From a virus (Duplodnaviria; Caudoviricetes), in the IMG/VR virus record IMGVR_UViG_3300049139_000081, positions 1 to 33,358 of that record: a DNA stretch of 33,358 nucleotides; one strand, written 5' to 3'. Of this stretch, positions 18,932 through 24,580 are shown piece by piece; position 1 is the stretch's first letter, and each line of letters starts with the position of its first letter. The notes below the pieces were generated by a model, which saw only the letters and a program-made list of their open reading frames with translations, was not told the DNA's origin and made no database searches. A program made the translations under genes and the position numbers.

Positions 18932-19147
18932 ATGGCAGAGACTACGCAGTCCGCCCGCACAGGCGACAGCCCCCCGCCGGAGGACGCCACGGGCTACGGC
19001 TTCTGCAGCTGGCACCAGCGCTTCGCCGACGGGGTGCGGCTGATCGAGGTCATCGAGCAGGGCAGCGGCCCCGGTACGGGCGCCGTGCAGTACGCCTGCG
19101 GGCCCTGCCGCCAGGTGTACGGGCTCACCCCGTTCGCGGACCGGTGA
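18932..19147 (+). CDS. Small Cys/His protein (CxxH...CxxC)
   Basis: GGAGGGAG RBS; FCSWH and ACGPCR. Confidence 0.7.
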   Translation: MAETTQSARTGDSPPPEDATGYGFCSWHQRFADGVRLIEVIEQGSGPGTGAVQYACGPCRQVYGLTPFADR

Positions 19148-19473
19148 TGCACCCCGGGTTCATCCGGGCGCCGGAGCTGCTGCCCGTTCCCCGCCCGGAC
19201 CGCGTCCGGAGCGAGCAGGCCGACGGCACGGTCTGCGTCTGGTGTGACCAGCCCCCGACCGTCGACCTCGGGCCGCGGCTCAGCACCGGTGATGGTGCCC
19301 TACACCGCTGGCATCCACGCGCCTGCCTGGACTGCACCGGGCGGGAGGCCGTCCGGGTGTACGGCGTACACGTCACGACGTGCGGGCGCTGCAGGCAGCG
19401 GGGCGACTGCCCGGATGCACGGGCCCTTCACAGGCTGTCGCTCGCGAATCGCCGACGAAAGGACTTCCTGTGA
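19147..19473 (+). CDS. Cys-rich small protein (three CxxC)
   Basis: TGATG coupling; CVWC, CLDC, H...CGRC...C. Confidence 0.7.
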   Translation: MHPGFIRAPELLPVPRPDRVRSEQADGTVCVWCDQPPTVDLGPRLSTGDGALHRWHPRACLDCTGREAVRVYGVHVTTCGRCRQRGDCPDARALHRLSLANRRRKDFL

Positions 19474-19667
19474 CCGAGCCGCTGACCGAGCCGCCGAAGG
19501 TGATGTCGCCCCCGCCGTACCTCGGCGCCCCTCTCCCTGCTCCGGATCCCGCGCCCGGCTGCGCGCAGTGCCAGCGCTGGGCACGCGAGCGCACCGCCGC
19601 CCGCACTGCAGGCGACTGGACCACGGTGTCCGACTGCAACGTGCGCATACGCCGCTGCACCCACTGA
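19470..19667 (+). CDS. Cys-rich microprotein (65 aa)
   Basis: GTGA coupling, AAGGA RBS; PGCAQC...SDCNVRIRRCTH. Confidence 0.7.
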   Translation: MTEPLTEPPKVMSPPPYLGAPLPAPDPAPGCAQCQRWARERTAARTAGDWTTVSDCNVRIRRCTH

Positions 19668-19713
19668 CTCCCGCTCCCGGCCCGCAGTACGCCGGCCGGG
19701 CCGGTAGCGGGAC

Positions 19714-19754
19714 GAGCGGCCCGCCCCCGTGCCCCCGTCGGGGACGGGCCGCTC
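19714..19754. terminator. Hairpin between convergent genes
   Basis: GAGCGGCCCG / CGGGCCGCTC perfect outer stem. Confidence 0.6.
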
Positions 19755-19986
19755 ACCCAACGAGATCCGCGAGCGGCACACCGACGGCGTGGGCGATCAG
19801 AACGAGGTCCAGCAGCGTCGGGCTCGTCTGAGCTGTCTCGTACCGGTGGATCGTCTTGTGGTCCCGCCCGGTCAGCTCCCCCAGCTGCACCTGCGACAGG
19901 CCAGCGGCCCGGCGACGGGCGCGGATGCGCTCGCCGACGACCTGCTGTCGGGCGAGTGCCCATTCAGGCACCGGGTCGAGCGGCAC
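19753..19986 (-). CDS. Small XRE-family HTH regulator (77 aa)
   Basis: GERIRARRRAAGLSQVQLGELTG....TIHRYE..P....L..IAHAVGV; start inferred at GTG 19986. Confidence 0.88.
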   Translation of the reverse strand: MPLDPVPEWALARQQVVGERIRARRRAAGLSQVQLGELTGRDHKTIHRYETAQTSPTLLDLVLIAHAVGVPLADLVG

Positions 19987-20019
19987 CCGTCCACCGTGAT
20001 TGGATCTTGACTGGGAGTC

Positions 20020-20037
20020 TTTACCATCGGTGGTAAA
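20020..20037. promoter_or_regulatory. Palindromic operator candidate
   Basis: TTTACCA-tcgg-TGGTAAA about 35 bp upstream of the XRE gene. Confidence 0.6.
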
Positions 20038-20222
20038 TCTCTGGACTGCCGCCGTCACCGGCGGCCACAGACCCGCCAACGTGCTGGGGCCGCGAGGTCC
20101 TGGAGAGGACACGAAGGCGGGCCGGGCGGTCACCCTCTGGGTGGCCGCCCGCGTTCGTTGCTGGGAATCTCTCGGGCCAGCTACGGGCCAGCACGCGATC
20201 ATGACACCCGCTCAAAACGGAC

Positions 20223-20259
20223 AGGACCCCAGCTCACTTCCCGCGTGAGCTGGGGTCCT
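20223..20259 (-). terminator. Terminator for the tRNA reconstituted on integration
   Basis: Perfect 15-bp stem AGGACCCCAGCTCAC / GTGAGCTGGGGTCCT just 3' of the tRNA fragment; GTCCGTTTT follows on the - strand. Confidence 0.8.
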
Positions 20260-20263
20260 TCAT

Positions 20264-20308
20264 GTAGGCCCTGTGGGACTCGAACCCACAACCAATGGAT
20301 TAAAAGTC
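20264..20308 (-). other. attP: attP core: 3' half of tRNA-Lys(TTT)
   Basis: Reverse complement GACTTTTAATCCATTGGTTGTGGGTTCGAGTCCCACAGGGCCTAC has a CTTTTAA anticodon loop, a T-arm and the 3' acceptor strand; no 5' half; downstream of int. Confidence 0.9.
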
Positions 20309-20480
20309 TGGTGAGCACTCATGGCGGCTCGTACCGTCTCATGCCGTGCGACCGCTCGTCGCCCCGTTCTGTGCAGGTCAGCGGCGTTTAGCGGACGTTC
20401 ATCGGCCACCCTTCACCGTGCCTCGTACCGTCTCGTATCGCGCTCTTACGCGGCTTTCGGGCCAGCACGGGGCCAGCAGG

Positions 20481-20512
20481 AAGGGCCTCCGACCTGCAGG
20501 TCAGAGGCCCTT
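20481..20512 (-). terminator. Terminator downstream of int
   Basis: AAGGGCCTCTGACC-tgca-GGTCGGAGGCCCTT on the - strand; the single mismatch is a U-G pair only on that strand. Confidence 0.7.
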
Positions 20513-20540
20513 TACCCGTCCCTCGATTCTACGCCGACAC

Positions 20541-22184
20541 CTACCCGTTGTCAGTGATGGCCCGTACCGTGGGGTCATCAGCATCCGCGTCTGCTGGCTG
20601 CGGTGCACCCGGCCCCTGATGCGGTACAGCGCCCGCGCCAGGGGCCGTTCCACGCCCGCGCCGGGCCCGCGGCACGGCGGCCGCCGCCTTCTCCACCAGG
20701 TCCTGCTCGTACTCCTGGAACAGCGCCATGTACGTGTCGGCGGTCAGCACGATCGTGGAGTGCCGCAGCTTCTTGCTGGCGTCGTCGATGTCGCCACCGC
20801 CGGCCTTCACCAGCGCGGCCGCTCCGTGCCGGAGGTCTCGCAGGTTGATGGGCGGCAGATCGGCCGCCGCCACGATCCGCTTGAACTCCTTGGAGACGGC
20901 ATCGGGGTGCAGCCAGCTGCCGTCCTCGGTGGTGAAGACCTTGCCGGTATCCGTCCACTTCTTGCCCGCGGCCAAGCGGGCGGCGCGCTCCGCATCCTGG
21001 CGGGCTCGATGCTCACGCAGGACGGCAACCGTCTCCCGGTCGAGCGTCACCGCCGACATGGAAGAGTCCGTCTTCGGGGCCGTCTCGATGGGGACCCAGC
21101 CGTCCACCACGATCTCGGTGAGGACCTCGATGCGCGGCGGCACAGCGTCCAGGTGCACGTGTGCCCAGTCTGCGCCGACGCCCTCCCCGCGGCGCAGGCC
21201 GTGGTGGGCGACCAGGTGGTAGAAGGCGTACAGGCGACTGTCCTCGGCCGCATCCAGGAAGGCGCCGAGCTGCTCAGGCGTCCACACCATCACCGGGCTG
21301 GGGACCACGCCCGTCTCTCGCCACCGAGTGACGCGCTCGGCCGTCCACAGCAGGCCCTTGGGACGCGCGCTGGAGCCGAGATCCACATACTTCGCGGCGT
21401 TGAAGGTGATGAGCTGCTGGGCGATGGCGGCGTTCAGCGCAGTACGCAGAGTGCGACGGATGGCGTGCCGCGTCGCTGGCCCGTTGGCCTTCCTGTATGG
21501 CTTCATCTCGGCGAGCTTCGCGCGCTCAGCGGCCAGGCGCGCACGCTCGGCGGCCGGCGGGCGGCCGGGGCGCGTCCACTTCGCCCGCTGCTCCTGCTCG
21601 CGACGGGCCTGGTTCTCCGCGCGGATCAGGTCGCTCTCGTCGGCGATGGCGTCGAACATCTCCTGGACGTGCCCGACGCTCAGCCGGTCGAGGCGGTAGT
21701 GCCCGATGCGCGGTTTCAGATGCACCCTGACGTGCGATCGGTATCCCGCGTTCGTCGTGGCCCGGGTTCGCTTCCCGGCCATCCACTGGTCGAGCCACTC
21801 GGCCACGGTCATCTTGCCGTCGAGCGGCACGCCCACCCCGAGGCGACGCTTCACCTCGTCGGCCTGGGGGATGTCAGCGCGGCGCCGGGCGATGTCGGCG
21901 AGCAGATCACCCACGCGCTGCTGTTCAGCCGGGTCGTCACCGGGGAGTTCGAGGATGGCCTGCAGGCGGGAGAGGTCGCCCTGGGCCTCCGAGACGCTCG
22001 CGTACCCGGTACGCCGAAAGGTCCGGCGCTTGCCATCGGCGTCCGGCGGCAACTCCTGGCGGACCGCTACCGTGCCGTGGCTCTTCTTCTTCAGCTGCGG
22101 GCACGAGGTACCCAGCAGCTTGCCGTCCTCACCGCGACACTCGCAGCGTCGATAGATGCTGCCTGCCCGGCGCGCTGACGGCAT
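20541..22184 (-). CDS. int: Tyrosine integrase
   Basis: GLRRGE (R), PKT (K), RDLRH, LRHS, DTY (Y); TVAEWLDQW core-binding domain; AAGGAG RBS. Confidence 0.95.
   Translation of the reverse strand: MPSARRAGSIYRRCECRGEDGKLLGTSCPQLKKKSHGTVAVRQELPPDADGKRRTFRRTGYASVSEAQGDLSRLQAILELPGDDPAEQQRVGDLLADIARRRADIPQADEVKRRLGVGVPLDGKMTVAEWLDQWMAGKRTRATTNAGYRSHVRVHLKPRIGHYRLDRLSVGHVQEMFDAIADESDLIRAENQARREQEQRAKWTRPGRPPAAERARLAAERAKLAEMKPYRKANGPATRHAIRRTLRTALNAAIAQQLITFNAAKYVDLGSSARPKGLLWTAERVTRWRETGVVPSPVMVWTPEQLGAFLDAAEDSRLYAFYHLVAHHGLRRGEGVGADWAHVHLDAVPPRIEVLTEIVVDGWVPIETAPKTDSSMSAVTLDRETVAVLREHRARQDAERAARLAAGKKWTDTGKVFTTEDGSWLHPDAVSKEFKRIVAAADLPPINLRDLRHGAAALVKAGGGDIDDASKKLRHSTIVLTADTYMALFQEYEQDLVEKAAAAVPRARRGRGTAPGAGAVPHQGPGAPQPADADADDPTVRAITDNG
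20548..20570 (+). promoter_or_regulatory. RecA-NDp/PafBC-type DNA-damage promoter motif, antisense to int
   Basis: TTGTCAGTG-N8-TACCGT matches the actinobacterial consensus tTGTCRgtg-N8-TAnnnT. Confidence 0.6.
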
Positions 22185-22199
22185 GGCGTGCTCCTTCCC

Positions 22200-22421
22200 T
22201 CACGAGGCCAGGAGACGCGCCCTCACGTTCAGGCGCGCGAGTCCCACCCCCAATACATGGTCCGCGACTCGGTTCAGCTCGTCGAGCATCTTCTGGTCCA
22301 TCCCCGAGTTCGGCTTCACTGCGATCGCCAGACCGTGATCGCTCACGATGGGGATCATCAGTTCCCCGTCAGGTACGTCCTCGCTGAAGAAGTACCAAAC
22401 CCGGCCACCCGTCTGCTGCAT
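22200..22421 (-). CDS. 73-aa hypothetical protein, candidate antirepressor
   Basis: Between repressor and int, co-oriented, ends 15 bp before int; normal codon bias. Function is inference. Confidence 0.7.
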   Translation of the reverse strand: MQQTGGRVWYFFSEDVPDGELMIPIVSDHGLAIAVKPNSGMDQKMLDELNRVADHVLGVGLARLNVRARLLAS

Positions 22422-22438
22422 GCCACCGCCCCCATCTC

Positions 22439-22454
22439 CCGCTCATGCGTTCGA
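22439..22454 (-). promoter_or_regulatory. LexA (SOS) box-like site
   Basis: AAA-TCGAAC-GCAT-GAGCGG versus actinobacterial consensus TCGAAC-N4-GTTCGA; left half perfect, right half 3/6. Confidence 0.55.
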
Positions 22455-22577
22455 TTTTCGCACTGGACCAGCACCCTTTCTGCCAAAGGTGTGGGCACAT
22501 GATCGCACCACCGGTAACAGGCGTCTACAGCCCGTTCACAGCTGTCACCCGGTGTGATGCACGGGGGAATGCGTCCT

Positions 22578-23012
22578 TCAATCCCGGGCACGTGGAGGAG
22601 TTAGCGTGTCGATCAGCCGCAGGAGCCGGTCCCTCTGGTCCGGCGGGAGTTGGTCCAACTTCCTCACGTACGCCTTCGCCTCCGCCGAGCCGCCGACCAG
22701 CGGATCCACCCCGTGGAACTGGCTGCCCGCAGCGTCCTGGAGTGTCTCCACGGGAAGCTCACAGGCCGCCGCGAGAGCGCACAACTCCTCATATACGGGC
22801 GGCGTAACCGGCTCGCCAGTCTCCAGGCGGTAGATCCACCCCCGCGTCACCCGCACCCCCGAGACGGGATCGATGGCCTTCTCCGCGAAGGCGTTCAGGC
22901 CCTTATTCAGCTCGGCGCGACGCTTGCGGATCAAGTCCGCAAACTGCGTGCGGCGTTCAGGGTCCTGTGCGGTAGCACTCGCTGGCGTGTCGGTGGGGGC
23001 CATGGGGCTCAT
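22578..23012 (-). CDS. Immunity repressor (XRE-like HTH), no peptidase domain
   Basis: FADLIRKRRAEL...WIYRLETG....P..EEL.ALAAACELP; divergent from the cro-like gene. Confidence 0.82.
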   Translation of the reverse strand: MSPMAPTDTPASATAQDPERRTQFADLIRKRRAELNKGLNAFAEKAIDPVSGVRVTRGWIYRLETGEPVTPPVYEELCALAAACELPVETLQDAAGSQFHGVDPLVGGSAEAKAYVRKLDQLPPDQRDRLLRLIDTLTPPRARD

Positions 23013-23110
23013 CCTGCCACTCCTGTGGTCAAAGGGATCGGCGGGTGTTCAGGGGACTCCCTGCCCGTTGGGACATACGGGCAGGTCAGTCGATTCATTC
23101 ATCACGCGTA

Positions 23111-23127
23111 CTGAACGGATTGTTCAG
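23111..23127. promoter_or_regulatory. Operator O1
   Basis: Perfect CTGAAC-N5-GTTCAG in the switch intergenic region. Confidence 0.7.
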
Positions 23128-23201
23128 CACTACAGGCGATCACGCTAGGTCGCTCTGAGTAATTGGCCGATTACCGGCACACGCTCCACTCGTTCAGGTT
23201 G

Positions 23202-23231
23202 CTGGACAAATCGTTCAGGTCGTGGAATGCT
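23202..23231 (+). promoter_or_regulatory. Early rightward promoter with overlapping operator O2
   Basis: CTGGAC-N5-GTTCAG at 23202-23218; TGGACA-N17-AATGCT. Confidence 0.65.
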
Positions 23232-23280
23232 CGGCGCATCGCCATTCAGGGCGATGAACAGAACGTCCCGTGAGGTGAAC

Positions 23281-23577
23281 GTGAGCGATTCCCCGCCCAC
23301 CATGTACGCGGTCGTCAGCGGCGACCGACTCAAGATGCTCATGGAGCGCACCGGAACTGGTGAGTCCATCACCGTCCGCGAACTGGCCGCCGCCGCCGGC
23401 GTCGCCACCGGAACCATCGGCGGCCTCATGTCCGGCACGCAGCTGAGCGTCCCCGAGGACAAGGCCAAGAAGATCGCCGCCCGGCTCGGCGTGGACCTTC
23501 TGGTCCTTTTCATACCGATGGAACGCGCCGGCCGGACCCTCATCCCCGCACAGCCCGCGCAGCAGGTGGTCGCATGA
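23281..23577 (+). CDS. Cro-like HTH protein
   Basis: TVRELAAAAGVATGTIGGLMSG...AKKIAARLGVDLLVLF; GAGGTG RBS before GTG 23281. Confidence 0.82.
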   Translation: MSDSPPTMYAVVSGDRLKMLMERTGTGESITVRELAAAAGVATGTIGGLMSGTQLSVPEDKAKKIAARLGVDLLVLFIPMERAGRTLIPAQPAQQVVA

Positions 23578-23885
23578 CGACCGCGGCCCCCCTGACCCCG
23601 GCGCAGGTCGCTGCCCTGCCCGCGATGCCCAGCGCCCTGGAGGCGTTCGCCGCCTTGAACATCGGCGAGACGCTCGGCTACCAGCTCATCCGAGAGGGCG
23701 AATTCCCCATCGAGGTCGTCCGGTTCGGGCGCGCCTTCCGCGTCCGCAAGGCCGACCTCCTGGCCTACCTGGGCCTCTCCGAGTTTGTCGCCGCCGAGGT
23801 CCAGTCGGCAGCGGCCATCACCAACGACGCCCCCGGGGTCCAGCCGGGGGCGCCTGTCGAGCAGCCCGCACCCACCAGCAAGTAA
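23574..23885 (+). CDS. Excisionase-like HTH protein
   Basis: EAFAALNIGETLGYQLIREGEFP..VVRFGRAFRVRKADLLAYL; ATGA-coupled. Confidence 0.8.
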   Translation: MTTAAPLTPAQVAALPAMPSALEAFAALNIGETLGYQLIREGEFPIEVVRFGRAFRVRKADLLAYLGLSEFVAAEVQSAAAITNDAPGVQPGAPVEQPAPTSK

Positions 23886-23903
23886 GAAGGACGGGGTCCG
23901 CTC

Positions 23904-24347
23904 ATGTCTGAGCTTCCCACGGCACCCATGCCGCCCACCACGCCCCAGGCCGCGCTGGCCAGCATCGAGGCCGCCACGCTGACCGCCAGCCGCGACGTGC
24001 GCGAGTGCCTCGACGCGATCGGCGACCTGATCCGCATCACCGGCCAGCCCGAGCGGGTTTTCGACTGGGTGCTGTACACCCTCGGCCGCGAGGAACTGCG
24101 GGTCCTGGCCGCGCAGCACCGGATCACGCTGCACGAGTCCCGGGCCACCGACGAGGACCAGCTGCCCCGCGCGGTCATCATCTGGACCGCCGACGGCGGC
24201 GGCCTGGCCATCATCCCGGCCGGGCAGAGGCCGGCGGACACCGTCATGCAGCTGCGCGAGGAGATCGCACAGCGGCAGGAGGACGTCCAGCGTGCCGCCA
24301 CCTTCCAGGCCTCCGCCGCCGCCCGCACATCCCGGGCGGAGCGATGA
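23904..24347 (+). CDS. Hypothetical protein
   Basis: High GC3; ATGA-coupled to the next gene. Confidence 0.75.
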   Translation: MSELPTAPMPPTTPQAALASIEAATLTASRDVRECLDAIGDLIRITGQPERVFDWVLYTLGREELRVLAAQHRITLHESRATDEDQLPRAVIIWTADGGGLAIIPAGQRPADTVMQLREEIAQRQEDVQRAATFQASAAARTSRAER

Positions 24348-24580
24348 CTGCCCCGCAGCCCTTCGAGGGCGCCCTGTTCGTCGACCTGGACGGACAGCGA
24401 GCCAGGTACGAGTGCCTGCGCCCCGGTTGCCCGCACCGCCTGGAAGGGCCCGTCTGCGCGAGCGACCGCGTGAAGGGCGAGGACGGAGCGCCCGCCCCGC
24501 GCGGCCCGGGTGGAGTCGCCGCGTTCGTCGACGGCATCAAGGCCTACCACCTTTCCAAGTACCACGGGAGCACCCGTTGA
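24344..24580 (+). CDS. Small hypothetical protein (Cx4C...H...H)
   Basis: ATGA and TTGA overlaps at both ends; YECLRPGCPH, YHLSKYH. Confidence 0.7.
   Translation: MTAPQPFEGALFVDLDGQRARYECLRPGCPHRLEGPVCASDRVKGEDGAPAPRGPGGVAAFVDGIKAYHLSKYHGSTR

Larger units (their letters stand above)
20173..20478. repeat. Integrase arm-type and accessory direct repeats around attP
   Basis: GGGCCAGC pairs 11 bp apart at 20174/20185 and 20459/20470; CTCGTACCGTCTC at 20328 and 20422. Confidence 0.75.

Noticed and set aside
20000-20248. 82-aa + strand ORF next to attP
   Set aside because: TTG start without RBS, atypical codon use, runs through the operator, hairpins and arm repeats.
20264-20308. Functional phage tRNA-Lys gene
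   Set aside because: Only the anticodon loop to the 3' end is present; no D-arm or 5' acceptor strand.
22505-22530. Second PafBC-type promoter upstream of the 73-aa ORF
   Set aside because: The - strand TGTTACCGGTGG lacks TGTCRG and a correctly spaced TAnnnT.
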